This document shows positions 36,046 to 46,018 of a DNA stretch of 46,018 bases, piece by piece (position 1 is the stretch's first letter; each line of letters begins with the position of its first letter). The DNA is from an uncultured Mycoplasmatota bacterium (GTDB taxonomy: Bacteria > Bacillota_I > Bacilli_A > RF39 > UBA660), in assembly GCA_900557185.1 (NCBI GenBank), contig USRP01000002.1, forward strand, positions 1-46,018, given 5' to 3'. A program made the position numbers and the translations under genes. The notes beneath the pieces were generated by a model that saw nothing but the letters and a program-made list of their open reading frames with translations, searched no databases and was not told where the DNA came from.

Positions 36046-36442
36046 ATATCGTAGACCTCACCGTTTAAGATATGATGGTGTAGCTAAGGGAAATACAGAA
36101 CTACACTTTGGTGAATATGGTTTAATGGCACTTGATGGTGCATGGGTTAGTCAACAACAAATTGAAGCAGCCCGTGTTGCTATGACTCGTTATATGAAAC
36201 GTGGTGGAAAAGTATGGATTAATATTTTCCCACACTTATCATTAACGAAAAAACCTCTTGAAACTCGTCAAGGTAAAGGTAAAGGAGACCCAGAAGTATG
36301 GGTAGCTGTTGTTAAAAAAGGTAAAATTATGTTCGAAGTTGGAGGAGTTGATGAAGCAACTGCACGTGAAGCTTTAAGACTTGCAATGCATAAACTTCCA
36401 ATGAGATGTAAATTTGTTAAAAAAGAAAGTGGTGAGAAGTAA
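36020..36442 (+). CDS. rplP: 50S ribosomal protein L16
   Basis: [13 protein letters not shown]-terminus. ATG 36020 lies 8 nt after GGGAGG; the ORF-track N-extension is inside rpsC. Confidence 0.93.
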   Translation: MAVIPKRTKYRRPHRLRYDGVAKGNTELHFGEYGLMALDGAWVSQQQIEAARVAMTRYMKRGGKVWINIFPHLSLTKKPLETRQGKGKGDPEVWVAVVKKGKIMFEVGGVDEATAREALRLAMHKLPMRCKFVKKESGEK

Positions 36443-36639
36443 TGACAAATAGTGAAATCAGACAATTATCAAATGAAGAAATCATGAAGAAAATTGACGA
36501 ATGTAAAGAAGAACTATTTAACTTACGTTTTAATGCTGCCACTGGAAATCTTGAAAAACCTTCAAGAATTAAAGAACTTAGAAAGCTTGTTGCACGTATG
36601 AAAACAATCTTACGTGAACGTGAGCTAGAAAAGAACTAG
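36442..36639 (+). CDS. rpmC: 50S ribosomal protein L29
   Basis: [20 protein letters not shown] signature; TAATG overlap with rplP. Confidence 0.95.
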   Translation: MTNSEIRQLSNEEIMKKIDECKEELFNLRFNAATGNLEKPSRIKELRKLVARMKTILRERELEKN

Positions 36640-36648
36640 GAGGGCATT

Positions 36649-36906
36649 ATGGAAAAGAAAACTCATGAATTAGTGGGAAAAGTTGTAAGTAATAAAGCTG
36701 ATAAAACAATCACTGTATTAGTTGAAACTTACAAAGTAAACCCAATTTATAAAAAACGTGCAAAATACTCAAAAAAATATACTGCCCACGATGAAAAGAA
36801 TGTTGCAAATGTTGGAGATACAGTACGTATTGTAGAAACTCGTCCAATCTCTAAAAACAAACATTTCCGTTTAGTCGAAGTAGTAGAAAAAGCAATCGTT
36901 TTATAA
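36649..36906 (+). CDS. rpsQ: 30S ribosomal protein S17
   Basis: [17 protein letters not shown]...HDEKN signature. Confidence 0.95.
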   Translation: MEKKTHELVGKVVSNKADKTITVLVETYKVNPIYKKRAKYSKKYTAHDEKNVANVGDTVRIVETRPISKNKHFRLVEVVEKAIVL

Positions 36907-36933
36907 TTGCTGCTCGAAAAGGAGGATAAAAAC

Positions 36934-37302
36934 ATGGTACAACAAGAAACTCGTTTAAAAGTAGCTGATAACTCTGGAGCACGTGAAGTTTCAATTATTC
37001 GTGTGCTTGGTGGAAGTAAAGTAAAAACGGGAAATATTGGTGATATCGTTGTCGCAACTGTTAAAAAAGCAACTCCAAACGGAACTGTTGCAAAAGGAAA
37101 AGTTGTGAAAGCGGTAATCGTTAGAAGTAAATCTGGTTTAAGACGTGAAGATGGATCATATATCAAATTTGATGATAATGCTTGCGTTATTATTAAAGAT
37201 GATGGAACTCCAGTTGGAACACGTGTATTTGGACCAGTCGCACGTGAATTACGTGACAAAAATTTTATGAAGATTGTTTCACTTGCAAAAGAAGTGTTAT
37301 AG
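36934..37302 (+). CDS. rplN: 50S ribosomal protein L14
   Basis: [17 protein letters not shown]; AGGAGG RBS. Confidence 0.97.
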   Translation: MVQQETRLKVADNSGAREVSIIRVLGGSKVKTGNIGDIVVATVKKATPNGTVAKGKVVKAVIVRSKSGLRREDGSYIKFDDNACVIIKDDGTPVGTRVFGPVARELRDKNFMKIVSLAKEVL

Positions 37303-37324
37303 TCTCATAATAAGGAGGATGAAC

Positions 37325-37633
37325 ATGAACTTAAAGTCTGGAGATAAAGTAGTTGTTATTGCCGGAAAAGATAAGGGAAAAGAAGGAATCATCACAAAAG
37401 TACTTAGAAGTGAAAACCGTGTTGTTGTAGAAGGTGTAAATGTTGTTAAAAAACATGTAAAACCATCTGGACAAGGGGCTGGAAGCATTGTTGAAATGAA
37501 TGCTCCAATTCATGCTTCAAATGTTATGATTTTAGACCCTAAGACAAAGAAAAGAACTAGAATCGGACATACAACTGATAAAAAAGGTAAGAAAGTTAGA
37601 TGTACTAAAAAATCTAATTCAAATCTTGACTAA
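37325..37633 (+). CDS. rplX: 50S ribosomal protein L24
   Basis: KSGDKVVVIAGKDKGKEG KOW motif. ATG 37325 lies 6 nt after AAGGAGG (alternative start 37319). Confidence 0.93.
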   Translation: MNLKSGDKVVVIAGKDKGKEGIITKVLRSENRVVVEGVNVVKKHVKPSGQGAGSIVEMNAPIHASNVMILDPKTKKRTRIGHTTDKKGKKVRCTKKSNSNLD

Positions 37634-37651
37634 TTGGAAGGAGGGTAAATT

Positions 37652-38191
37652 ATGAACCGCCTAAAAGAAAAGTATAATAAGGAAATCGTACCTAGCTTAA
37701 GAGAAAAATATAATTACAAGAGTATTATGGAAGTTCCAGCTCTTGATAAAATTGTTGTGAATATGGGTGTAGGAGACGCAACAACAAATTCTAAATTATT
37801 AGATGCTGCTGTTGAAGATCTTGCTCAAATTACTGGACAAAAACCTGTTGTAACAAAAGCGAAAAAAGCAATCGCAGGATTTAAAGTAAGAGAAGGTCAA
37901 CCTATTGGATGTAAAGTAACATTACGTGGAGAAAATATGTATAACTTCTTAGATAAATTAATTAGTATTACATTACCTCGTGTACGTGACTTTAGAGGAG
38001 TTTCACATCGTTCATTTGATGGTAGAGGAAACTATACATTAGGATTAACTGAACAACTAATTTTCTCAGAAATAGATTATGATAACGTTGTTAAAGTACG
38101 TGGTATGGACATTGTTTTCGTTACTACAGCAAAAACAAACGACGAAGCGTATGACTTATTAAAAGGTTTCGGAATGCCTTTTAAGAACTAA
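37652..38191 (+). CDS. rplE: 50S ribosomal protein L5
   Basis: [14 protein letters not shown]...VVNMGVGDA signature. Confidence 0.97.
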   Translation: MNRLKEKYNKEIVPSLREKYNYKSIMEVPALDKIVVNMGVGDATTNSKLLDAAVEDLAQITGQKPVVTKAKKAIAGFKVREGQPIGCKVTLRGENMYNFLDKLISITLPRVRDFRGVSHRSFDGRGNYTLGLTEQLIFSEIDYDNVVKVRGMDIVFVTTAKTNDEAYDLLKGFGMPFKN

Positions 38192-38213
38192 TAAATGAAT
38201 TAGGAGGAATATT

Positions 38214-38399
38214 ATGGCTAAAACTAGTATGAAAGTAAAAGCAAGTCGACCACAGAAATTTAAAGTACGTGAATATACACGTTGTTCAAGATGTGGAAGA
38301 CCTCATGCAGTTCTTAAAAAATATGGAATTTGCCGTATTTGTTTCAGAGAACTAGCTTATAAAGGACAAATACCAGGAATGAAAAAATCAAGCTGGTAG
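38214..38399 (+). CDS. rpsN: 30S ribosomal protein S14, short zinc-binding (type Z) form
   Basis: 61 aa; CSRCGRP...CRIC zinc ribbon; ends KSSW. Confidence 0.95.
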   Translation: MAKTSMKVKASRPQKFKVREYTRCSRCGRPHAVLKKYGICRICFRELAYKGQIPGMKKSSW

Positions 38400-38417
38400 T
38401 AAGAAGGGAGGATAATT

Positions 38418-38813
38418 ATGGTAACAGATCCAATCGCAGATATGCTTACAAGAATTCGTAACGCAAATCAAATGCGATACGCAGAAGTTGAAGTACCCGC
38501 TTCAAAAATGAAATTAGAAATCGCTAGAATCTTAAAAGAAGAAGGATTTATTAGTGATTACACAACAAAAAAAGGAAAAGTACAAGATGTTATTGTTCTT
38601 ACATTAAAATATGGAAACAAAAAAGAACGTGTTATTACAGGATTAAAAAGAATTTCAAAGCCAGGATTACGTGTATATGCTAAGGCACAAGATGTACCAC
38701 GTGTATTAAACGGTCTTGGAATCGCAATTATTTCTACATCAAAAGGAATTATGACAGATAAACACGCACGTGAAAATTCTCTTGGTGGAGAAGTACTTGC
38801 ATACATTTGGTAG
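38418..38813 (+). CDS. rpsH: 30S ribosomal protein S8
   Basis: [14 protein letters not shown] signature. Confidence 0.97.
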   Translation: MVTDPIADMLTRIRNANQMRYAEVEVPASKMKLEIARILKEEGFISDYTTKKGKVQDVIVLTLKYGNKKERVITGLKRISKPGLRVYAKAQDVPRVLNGLGIAIISTSKGIMTDKHARENSLGGEVLAYIW

Positions 38814-38826
38814 AAAGGAAGATAAT

Positions 38827-39357
38827 ATGAGTCGAATTGGAAACAGAATTTTATCGATTCCTGAAGGAGTTACTGTAGAAGTAGATGGTAATATTGTTCG
38901 TGTAACTGGTCCTAAAGGTAATCTTTCTACTGAAGTAAATAGAAATATTACTGTAAAAGTGGATGGAGATAAATTATCAGTAGAAAGAAAAAATGATAAT
39001 TTTAAAGCATACCATGGAACAGCAAATGCAAATATTGCAAATATGATTACTGGAGTAACAAAAGGTTTCGAAAAGAAATTAGAAGCAGTTGGTGTAGGAT
39101 ACCGTTTTCAAGTAAAGGGAAATACACTAGTTGTTAGTGCTGGATACTCACATCCAGTTGAAATGGAAATTCCAGCTGGGATTCAATTAGAATCACCAAG
39201 CAATACTGAATTGTTTGTAAGAGGAATCGACAGACAATTAGTTGGAAATTTTGCTGCTAATGTCCGTGACATTAGAAGACCAGAACCTTACAAAGGAAAG
39301 GGAATCCGTTATGCGGATGAACATGTACGTCGTAAGGAAGGTAAAAAAGCAGCATAG
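38827..39357 (+). CDS. rplF: 50S ribosomal protein L6
   Basis: MSRIGNRILSIPEGVTV; the ORF-track N-extension overlaps rpsH. Confidence 0.95.
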   Translation: MSRIGNRILSIPEGVTVEVDGNIVRVTGPKGNLSTEVNRNITVKVDGDKLSVERKNDNFKAYHGTANANIANMITGVTKGFEKKLEAVGVGYRFQVKGNTLVVSAGYSHPVEMEIPAGIQLESPSNTELFVRGIDRQLVGNFAANVRDIRRPEPYKGKGIRYADEHVRRKEGKKAA

Positions 39358-39384
39358 TTAAATATTAGCAAAGGAGCGTTTACT

Positions 39385-39747
39385 ATGATAAAGAAAGAAT
39401 CTCGTAATGAAATGAGAAAAGCTAGACACGCTCGTGTAAGAGAAAAAGTTGTTGGAACAAAAGAATGTCCAAGACTTAATGTGTTTAGATCAAATAAAAA
39501 TATTTTTGCGCAAATCATAGATGATGAAACAAATGCTACACTTGTGAGTGCTTCTTCTATTGATAAAGAATTAAAATTAGAAAACGGAAGCAACATCGAT
39601 GCTGCTAAAAAAGTAGGAGAATTAATCGCTAAGAGAGCATTAAAAGCAAAAATTAAAAATGTTAAATTCGATAGAGGTGGATACCTATATCATGGACGTG
39701 TAAAAGCTTTAGCTGAAGCTGCACGTGAAAATGGATTAGAATTCTAA
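39385..39747 (+). CDS. rplR: 50S ribosomal protein L18
   Basis: [39 protein letters not shown]. Confidence 0.97.
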   Translation: MIKKESRNEMRKARHARVREKVVGTKECPRLNVFRSNKNIFAQIIDDETNATLVSASSIDKELKLENGSNIDAAKKVGELIAKRALKAKIKNVKFDRGGYLYHGRVKALAEAARENGLEF

Positions 39748-39764
39748 TATAAGGAGGGTTAGTT

Positions 39765-40352
39765 ATGGATAATAAGGATATGAACCAAAACCCAGTTCAA
39801 AAAGAACAAAAATCTTTTGACAAAAATAACAAGAAGAATTCATCAAGACCACAACGTAGAAGAAGAGAAAGACAACCAAAGTTATATGATGAAGAAGTTA
39901 TTACAATTACTCGTGTAACAAAAGTTACAAAGGGTGGACGTCATTTCCGTTTCTCAGCTGTTGTAGCAGTTGGAGATAGAAAAGGTAAAGTAGGAATTGG
40001 TTCTGGAAAAGCAAACGAAGTTCCAGATGCAATTAAAAAAGCTGTGCAAGCTGCTACAAAAAATATCGTTCGTGTATCTATCGTTGATGATACAATTCCA
40101 CATGAAGCTATTGGAAGAAGAGGAGCTAGTAAAGTTATGTTAAAACCTGCTAGTAAAGGTACTGGAGTAAAAGCTGGTGGACCAGTTCGTAGTGTACTTG
40201 AACTTGCTGGTGTAAAGAACATTCTTTCAAAATCACTAGGTTCTAATACAAAAGTAAATATGGCTTACGCTACATTAGAAGCATTAAAATCACAAAGAAC
40301 AATTGAAAAAGTTGCAGCATTACGTGGAAAGAAAGTAGAGGAAATTAGATAA
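39765..40352 (+). CDS. rpsE: 30S ribosomal protein S5 (with about 30-aa basic N-terminal extension)
   Basis: [25 protein letters not shown]5 dsRBD plus C-domain. Confidence 0.95.
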   Translation: MDNKDMNQNPVQKEQKSFDKNNKKNSSRPQRRRRERQPKLYDEEVITITRVTKVTKGGRHFRFSAVVAVGDRKGKVGIGSGKANEVPDAIKKAVQAATKNIVRVSIVDDTIPHEAIGRRGASKVMLKPASKGTGVKAGGPVRSVLELAGVKNILSKSLGSNTKVNMAYATLEALKSQRTIEKVAALRGKKVEEIR

Positions 40353-40795
40353 TGAAACTACATGAATTAAAACCAGGTGTTGGAGCTACAACTACAAAAA
40401 AACGTGTTGGACGTGGTGTTGGTAGCGGTCTTGGAAAAACTTCAGGACGCGGACAAAAAGGTCAAAACGCAAGAAGTGGTGGAGGAGTTCCAGGATGGTT
40501 CGAAGGTGGACAATTCCCACTATATAGAAAACTTCCAAAGAGAGGTTTCACAAATGCGAAATTCAAAAAAGAATATGCAACAATCAATTTAAGTGATTTA
40601 AATAAATTCGATAATGGTGTAGAAGTAACTCCAGAACTTTTAAAAGAAATGGGACTTGTGAAAAAACAATTATGTGGAATTAAAGTTTTAGGAAACGGTG
40701 TTTTAGAAAAGAAATTAGTTGTTAAAGCTAGTAAATTTTCAAAAACAGCAAAAGAACAAATAGAAAAATTAGGTGGAAAAGCTGAGGTGATCTAG
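40352..40795 (+). CDS. rplO: 50S ribosomal protein L15
   Basis: [22 protein letters not shown]; TAATG overlap with rpsE, so no L30 gene lies between. Confidence 0.97.
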   Translation: MKLHELKPGVGATTTKKRVGRGVGSGLGKTSGRGQKGQNARSGGGVPGWFEGGQFPLYRKLPKRGFTNAKFKKEYATINLSDLNKFDNGVEVTPELLKEMGLVKKQLCGIKVLGNGVLEKKLVVKASKFSKTAKEQIEKLGGKAEVI

Positions 40796-40796
40796 T

Positions 40797-42077
40797 ATGT
40801 TTGCAACTATGAAGCAAATATTTAAGTCTGAAAACAAGGACTTAAGAAGAAGAATCTACTTCACTTTATTCTGCTTATTCATTTTTAAACTAGGAACAAC
40901 AATTATCGTTCCTGGAGTCGATGCAAAATTATTGGGATCTAATTTAGGATTTTTAGAATTAATTAATGCAATGGGTGGAGGTGCATTAGAGAAGTTCTCT
41001 ATCTTTGCACTTGGTGTTATGCCTTATATTACGGCCTCTATCATCATTCAATTATTACAAATGGATATTGTTCCTTATTTGACAGAACTTTCGAAGCAAG
41101 GTCAAGTAGGAAGAAACAAGATTAATCAAATTACACGTGTAACTGGTATTATTCTTGCCTTTATCCAAGGATATTTATTCTCATTCGCATTTATTCAAAA
41201 TGGAACTCCATTACAATACATGGAATTCGCATTGATCTTAACAGCTGGTACTGCATTCTTACTTTGGATTGGTGATCAAATCACAAAGAAGGGTGTAGGA
41301 AATGGTACCTCTTTAATCATTATGGCAGGTATCATTGCTACTATGCCAAGTATGTTTGTCGATGCCTATAATGGATTTGTAACTGGTGGAGATCTACAAC
41401 AAACATTATTTGGAATTACCAAGTTTATCTTATTTGTTGCTATGTATCTTGCGATTGTTATCGCAGTTGTCTTTGAACAATCTGCAGAACGTCGTATTCC
41501 AATTCAATACGCAAATCAATCTGGAGCAGGAATTGGTGGAAATAAAAGTTATATTCCATTTAAATTAAACTCTGCTTCTGTTATCCCAGTCATTTTCGCA
41601 TCAGCAATTATTTCCGTTCCAGGATTAATTGCTCAACTTATTAAAAATGAATCAATGACATTATTTGTACAAAAATGGTTATCTTTTCAGACAGGAACAG
41701 GTTTTGTACTATACATTGTATTAATTATCGCATTTACTTATTTTTATACATATTTACAATTAAAACCAAAGGAACTTGCTGAAAATTTACAAAAAAATGG
41801 TGGATATATTCCAGGAGTACATCCAGGGGATGATACTGTAAAATATATTTCAAAAACATTAAACCGTATTACATTAGTTGGAGCAATTTGTCTTGCAGTG
41901 ATTGCTGGACTTCCAATTGTATTCGGAATGTTTTCTAATTTACCTACCAGTGTATCAATTGGTGGTACTGGACTTCTAATTGTTGTTGGAGTTGCACTTG
42001 AAACTTACAGACAAGTAGAAAGTAAATTAATTAGTAGAAATTATACAAGTTCAAGAGGAAGAAGACGAAGAAGATGA
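40797..42077 (+). CDS. secY: Preprotein translocase subunit SecY
   Basis: 10-TM protein, ALGVMPYITASII signature; operon order. Confidence 0.97.
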   Translation: MFATMKQIFKSENKDLRRRIYFTLFCLFIFKLGTTIIVPGVDAKLLGSNLGFLELINAMGGGALEKFSIFALGVMPYITASIIIQLLQMDIVPYLTELSKQGQVGRNKINQITRVTGIILAFIQGYLFSFAFIQNGTPLQYMEFALILTAGTAFLLWIGDQITKKGVGNGTSLIIMAGIIATMPSMFVDAYNGFVTGGDLQQTLFGITKFILFVAMYLAIVIAVVFEQSAERRIPIQYANQSGAGIGGNKSYIPFKLNSASVIPVIFASAIISVPGLIAQLIKNESMTLFVQKWLSFQTGTGFVLYIVLIIAFTYFYTYLQLKPKELAENLQKNGGYIPGVHPGDDTVKYISKTLNRITLVGAICLAVIAGLPIVFGMFSNLPTSVSIGGTGLLIVVGVALETYRQVESKLISRNYTSSRGRRRRR

Positions 42078-42742
42078 AAAGTATTATTTTCATAGCCCCT
42101 CCTGCTGCAGGAAAGGGAACACAATCAAAATTAATTGAAGAGAAATATCATTTACCTCATATCTCTACTGGTGACTTATTAAGAGCTGCCACAAAAGGAG
42201 ATAGTGAACTAGATATTAAAATTAAGAAATTAATGGAGTCTGGTTCTTTGATTTCTGACGATATTGTATTACAATTATTACAGAATCGTTTGAATCAAGA
42301 GGATTGTCAAAATGGATATATCTTAGATGGATTTCCTCGTAATGTATCACAAGCAGAAGCTTATGAACATATGCTTGATGAAATGCATCTAGAGCATGGT
42401 ATTGTGATTTATTTGGATGTTCCAAAAGAACTTTGTAAAAACCGTATATTAGGTCGTAAATCTTGTCCAAACTGTGGTGCGATTTACAATGATCTAATCG
42501 CTGGTATGGAATCAAAAGTAGAAAATATATGTGATAAATGTGGCTCAAAGTTAACTGTTCGTAGCGATGATAATGAACAGACATTTGAAGCTCGTTATCA
42601 AGCATATCTAGATAATACCCTTCCACTTTTAGATTACTATAAAAATCATGGTAATTTATACCATGTTGATAGTACGAAATCTACAAACGAAGTATTCGAT
42701 AGTATTGTAGAAGTACTAGAAAGAGGCGTTTCTCATGATTAG
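42074..42742 (+). CDS. adk: Adenylate kinase (zinc-lid form)
   Basis: P-loop APPAAGKGTQ; lid CPNCG...CDKCG. Confidence 0.97.
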   Translation: MKSIIFIAPPAAGKGTQSKLIEEKYHLPHISTGDLLRAATKGDSELDIKIKKLMESGSLISDDIVLQLLQNRLNQEDCQNGYILDGFPRNVSQAEAYEHMLDEMHLEHGIVIYLDVPKELCKNRILGRKSCPNCGAIYNDLIAGMESKVENICDKCGSKLTVRSDDNEQTFEARYQAYLDNTLPLLDYYKNHGNLYHVDSTKSTNEVFDSIVEVLERGVSHD

Positions 42743-43481
42743 TATTAAATCAGATAGGGAAATTGAACTTTTAAGAATTGCTGGTAAAATTGTCGGTGAT
42801 ACTCATAATTATATTAAACCATATATAAAACCGGGTATCACCACAATGGAACTAGATCAACTTGCAGAAGCATATATAAGAAAATGTGGAGCAACTCCAT
42901 CATTTAAAGGATTATATGGATTTCCAAATGCTTGTTGTATTTCAGTCAATGAAGAAGTAGTACATGGAATTCCATCCAATCGTAAATTAAAAGAAGGCGA
43001 TATCGTATCAATTGATATTGGTGCTTGTTATAAAGGATATCATGGCGATTCTGCTTGGAGCTATCCAGTTGGAAAGGTAAGTCATGAAAATGAAGAACTT
43101 CTAAAACATACAGAAGAAGCTTTGTTCGAAGGTTTATCTGCGATTCATGATGGTGCTAGAGTTGGCGATATCGGATATATGGTAAGTAAGTGTGCAAATA
43201 AATATCATCTAGGAGTTGTAAAAGAACTTGTGGGACATGGCGTTGGAAGTGAAGTACACGAAATGCCAGATGTACCAAATTATGGGAAACAAAACACAGG
43301 ACCACTTCTAAAAAAAGGAATGGTTATTGCAGTAGAACCAATGTTAAATAGTGGTACTGCTGATATCTATGAATTAGATGATGAATGGACAATTGTAACT
43401 GCTGATTTAAAACCATCTGCTCACTTTGAACATACTGTTCTAGTAACAGAAGATGGTTATGAAATTTTAACGAAGAGGTGA
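42735..43481 (+). CDS. map: Type I methionine aminopeptidase
   Basis: Metal ligands in [22 protein letters not shown]. Confidence 0.97.
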   Translation: MISIKSDREIELLRIAGKIVGDTHNYIKPYIKPGITTMELDQLAEAYIRKCGATPSFKGLYGFPNACCISVNEEVVHGIPSNRKLKEGDIVSIDIGACYKGYHGDSAWSYPVGKVSHENEELLKHTEEALFEGLSAIHDGARVGDIGYMVSKCANKYHLGVVKELVGHGVGSEVHEMPDVPNYGKQNTGPLLKKGMVIAVEPMLNSGTADIYELDDEWTIVTADLKPSAHFEHTVLVTEDGYEILTKR

Positions 43482-43485
43482 GAAA

Positions 43486-43701
43486 ATGGCAAAAGAAGAT
43501 GTAATTGAATTAGAAGGGAAAGTTGTTGAAACTTTACCAAATGCTAATTTTAAAGTAGAACTTGAAAACGGACACACGATTATAGCCGGCGTTTCTGGTA
43601 AAATCCGAATGCACTATATTCGCATTTTACCAGGTGATAGAGTGACCGTAGAAGTTTCAACATATGATTTAACACGCGGGCGTATAACCTATAGAAAATA
43701 A
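43486..43701 (+). CDS. infA: Translation initiation factor IF-1
   Basis: [30 protein letters not shown]. Confidence 0.98.
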   Translation: MAKEDVIELEGKVVETLPNANFKVELENGHTIIAGVSGKIRMHYIRILPGDRVTVEVSTYDLTRGRITYRK

Positions 43702-43715
43702 TAGGAGGGATTTAT

Positions 43716-43829
43716 ATGAAGGTAAGACCATCGGTAAAACCAATTTGCGACAAATGTCGTGTAATCAAACGTAAAGGTAGGGTTATGGTAATTTGTGAAA
43801 ACCCTAAACACAAACAAAGACAAGGTTAA
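43716..43829 (+). CDS. rpmJ: 50S ribosomal protein L36 (zinc-binding form); 37 aa, absent from the ORF track
   Basis: Manual translation gives [37 protein letters not shown]; AGGAGG RBS; lies between infA and rpsM. Confidence 0.95.
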   Translation: MKVRPSVKPICDKCRVIKRKGRVMVICENPKHKQRQG

Positions 43830-43846
43830 AAATAGGAGGTGTTTTA

Positions 43847-44212
43847 ATGGCACGTATTAAAGGTATTGATTTGCCAAATAACAAGAGAATTGAAATCGCA
43901 TTAACTTACATCTATGGTATTGGAAGAAGTCTTGCTACTAGAATTTGTAATGATGCAAACGTAAATGTAAACACAAAAGCAAAAGACTTAACTCAAGAAG
44001 AGTTAGTTCGTATTCGTGACGAAGTAAACAAATATACAACTGAAGGAGATTTACGTCGTGAAATCAACATGAATATTAAAACAAAAATGGAAATTAATTC
44101 TTACCAAGGTACTCGTCATAAAAAAGGTTTACCTGTAAGAGGTCAAAGAACTAACCGTAATGCTAGAACTCGTAAAGGTAAAGGAAAAGTTGTAGCAAAT
44201 AAAAAGAAATAA
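43847..44212 (+). CDS. rpsM: 30S ribosomal protein S13
   Basis: [26 protein letters not shown]. Confidence 0.98.
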   Translation: MARIKGIDLPNNKRIEIALTYIYGIGRSLATRICNDANVNVNTKAKDLTQEELVRIRDEVNKYTTEGDLRREINMNIKTKMEINSYQGTRHKKGLPVRGQRTNRNARTRKGKGKVVANKKK

Positions 44213-44236
44213 TAAACGTTAAAGGAGGTTATGAAA

Positions 44237-44620
44237 ATGGCTTATAAACCAAGAAAACGTAAAGTGAAGAAGAATGTACCTGAAGGTAAGGCTTATATTC
44301 ATTCTACATTTAATAACACAATTGTAACAATTAGTGATAAAGATGGAAATGCAATTAGTTGGGCTTCAGCTGGTACTTTAGGATTTAAAGGAAGTAAAAA
44401 ATCAACTCCATTCGCTGCAGGTCAAGCAGCAGAAGCAGCAGGAAAAGCAGCTGCAGGTATGGGTATGAAAAAAGTTGAAGTTTTTGTAAAAGGAATTGGT
44501 TCTGGACGTGAAACTGCTGTTCGTTCATTACAAACTGCTGGACTTGAGATTACTGCAATCACTGACGTTACACCTATACCACATAATGGATGCCGTCCAC
44601 CAAAACGTCCACGTGGATAA
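44237..44620 (+). CDS. rpsK: 30S ribosomal protein S11
   Basis: [16 protein letters not shown]...[16 protein letters not shown] 44237 lies 8 nt after AGGAGG. Confidence 0.95.
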   Translation: MAYKPRKRKVKKNVPEGKAYIHSTFNNTIVTISDKDGNAISWASAGTLGFKGSKKSTPFAAGQAAEAAGKAAAGMGMKKVEVFVKGIGSGRETAVRSLQTAGLEITAITDVTPIPHNGCRPPKRPRG

Positions 44621-44641
44621 TAAGAAAAGGAGTGTGGAATA

Positions 44642-45592
44642 GTGTTAAATTTTGAAAAACCTATTTATAAAATAACAGATTATGTAGAAAATAATAATTA
44701 TGGAAAATTCGAATTAGAACCTCTTGAAAGAGGATTCGGTACAACAATCGGAAATGCACTTAGAAGAGTTATGTTATCAAGCATGCCAGGAAGTGCAATT
44801 GTAGCAGTAAAAATTGATGGAGTTGCACATGAATTCCAAACAATTGAAGGTGTTGTTGAAGATGTTACAACCATTATTTTGAACTTAAAAAATATTGTTG
44901 TAAAAAATCATTCTGATGAAGATAAAACAATGCATTTATACGTAGATAGTGAAAAAACAGTAACTGCTGCTGATATTGAAACAGACGCTGATGTTGAAGT
45001 TATCAACAAAGATCAAGTAATCGCTACTGTTTCAAAAGGTGGAAAATTAGATATGGAATTTATCGTAAGTAATGGTCGTGGATATGTTCCATCAAATGAA
45101 AATAAAAAGTTATTAGAAAATAAAAAAATTGGATTTATTCCAATTGATGCATTGTATTCTCCAATTGAGAGAATTAGTTATGATGTTACAAATGCTCGTG
45201 TTGGACAAGATGCAAGTTATGATAAACTTACTATGAATGTTCAAACAAATGGTTCTCTTCGTCCAGAAGAAGCTATGGCATTAGGAGCAAAAATCTTAAT
45301 TGAACACTTAAATATTATTACAAATTTAAGTGAAATTGCTGATACAACAGGTATTATGAATGCAAAACAAGAAGATAGCAAAATGAAGAAATTAGAAACA
45401 TCAATTGATGACTTAGACTTCTCTGTTCGAGCATACAATTGTTTAAAAAGAGCAGGAATTAATACTCTTGGAGATTTAACAGAAAAATCAGAAATGGAAA
45501 TGATGAAAATTCGTAATTTAGGTAAAAAATCTTTAAAAGAAGTTATTGACAAAATTAAAGATATGGGACTTAAATTCCGTGATGAAGACTAG
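44642..45592 (+). CDS. rpoA: DNA-directed RNA polymerase subunit alpha (GTG start)
   Basis: FEKP...GKFELEPLERGFGTTIGNALRRVMLSS; C-terminal domain SVRAYNCLKRAGI. Confidence 0.97.
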   Translation: MLNFEKPIYKITDYVENNNYGKFELEPLERGFGTTIGNALRRVMLSSMPGSAIVAVKIDGVAHEFQTIEGVVEDVTTIILNLKNIVVKNHSDEDKTMHLYVDSEKTVTAADIETDADVEVINKDQVIATVSKGGKLDMEFIVSNGRGYVPSNENKKLLENKKIGFIPIDALYSPIERISYDVTNARVGQDASYDKLTMNVQTNGSLRPEEAMALGAKILIEHLNIITNLSEIADTTGIMNAKQEDSKMKKLETSIDDLDFSVRAYNCLKRAGINTLGDLTEKSEMEMMKIRNLGKKSLKEVIDKIKDMGLKFRDED

Positions 45593-45607
45593 TTAGGAGG
45601 GAATATA

Positions 45608-45958
45608 ATGGCTTATAGAAAATTAGGACGTACAAATAAACATAGAAGAAGTATGCTTGCTAACCTAACAAAAGATGTCATCATGAATGGAAGAATTCAA
45701 ACAACAGAAACAAGAGCAAAAGAAGTTCGTAAATTTGTTGATAAAATGATTTCATACGGAAAAGATGGATCTTTAGTAGCAAGAAGAAAAGCATTAGCTT
45801 TCTTACATAACGATAAAGCTGTTGTTAAGAAAGTATTTGATGAATTAGCACCTCGTTATGCAACTCGTAATGGAGGATATACTAGAATCTTAAAATTAGA
45901 TGAAAGAAAAGGTGACGATGCACTTATGGTCATCTTAGAATTAGTAGAAGAAGCATAA
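45608..45958 (+). CDS. rplQ: 50S ribosomal protein L17
   Basis: [20 protein letters not shown]...GGYTRI. Confidence 0.97.
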   Translation: MAYRKLGRTNKHRRSMLANLTKDVIMNGRIQTTETRAKEVRKFVDKMISYGKDGSLVARRKALAFLHNDKAVVKKVFDELAPRYATRNGGYTRILKLDERKGDDALMVILELVEEA

Positions 45959-45970
45959 TTGCTTCTTTTT
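45948..45970 (+). terminator. Terminator of the alpha operon
   Basis: AAGAAGC / GCTTCTT stem plus T-run. Confidence 0.65.
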
Positions 45971-46018
45971 GGTACTATAAAAGTGTAATATTAATTACAG
46001 AAATGTGATTGAATATTA

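Noticed and set aside
36747-37259. 170-aa antisense ORF across rpsQ/rplN
   Set aside because: It lies entirely opposite highly conserved ribosomal protein genes. Its composition is low-complexity Ser/Thr/Phe, typical of the reverse frame of Lys/Glu-rich genes, and it has no RBS.
36961-39740. Additional parS candidates at CACGTGAA strings (about 36980, 37243, 38766, 39723)
   Set aside because: Each matches only the central CACGTGAA, which codes for Ala-Arg-Glu. The left half-sites do not match TGTTN, so these are not parS.
40377-40592. 71-aa alternative-frame ORF inside rplO
   Set aside because: It is nested in a conserved ribosomal protein gene, with no RBS and no recognisable motif.
42222-42626. 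134-aa minus-strand ORF inside adk
   Set aside because: It is antisense to conserved adenylate kinase and has no independent signals.

Overview
AT-rich (about one-third G+C by eye), almost entirely co-directional, origin-proximal housekeeping region of a low-GC Firmicute. It runs SRP RNA-tadA-dnaX-ybaB-recR-bofA-holB-yaaT-yabB-rsmI-pth-mfd, then (ppaC on the minus strand) spoVT-[Met T-box]-dut-metG-tatD-yabE-like-rsmA-GNAT-ung-tilS-ftsH. Next come soj-spo0J-mscS-DUF951-transporter-ychF-rpsF-ssb-rpsR and the complete S10/spc/alpha ribosomal cluster, rpsJ through rplQ. Stop-codon usage fits genetic code 11. Sporulation-associated genes (bofA-like, spoVT, yaaT) sit alongside a short 4.5S-type SRP RNA and a spc operon without L30. 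By inference this suggests an Erysipelotrichia-like, Mollicutes-related spore-former lineage. I found no rRNA or tRNA genes, CRISPR array, mobile element or recognisable defence island, and no clearly novel multi-gene system. The strongest non-annotated signals are DNA sites. One is three abutting 26-bp repeats at the window start, each carrying a 15/16 match to the Spo0J/ParB parS site. The others are two Noc-binding-site-type palindromes: an exact ATTTCCCGGGAAAT inside dnaX and a 13/14 copy in the mfd/ppaC terminator. No noc gene lies in the window. Protein-level oddities include a 4-TM::AAC(6')-Ie-like GNAT with a glycine-less AcCoA loop, coupled to rsmA. There is also a minus-strand lysine-rich membrane protein between rpsR and rpsJ, and an FtsH with a SAP/Rho_N-like C-terminal module. 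An E. coli-type A AAA AAG slippery heptamer in dnaX is followed by a nearby -1 frame stop. A 56-aa membrane ORF missing from the ORF track has its own terminator directly in front of tatD. All functional calls come from reading the translations and from motif memory; no database search was run.
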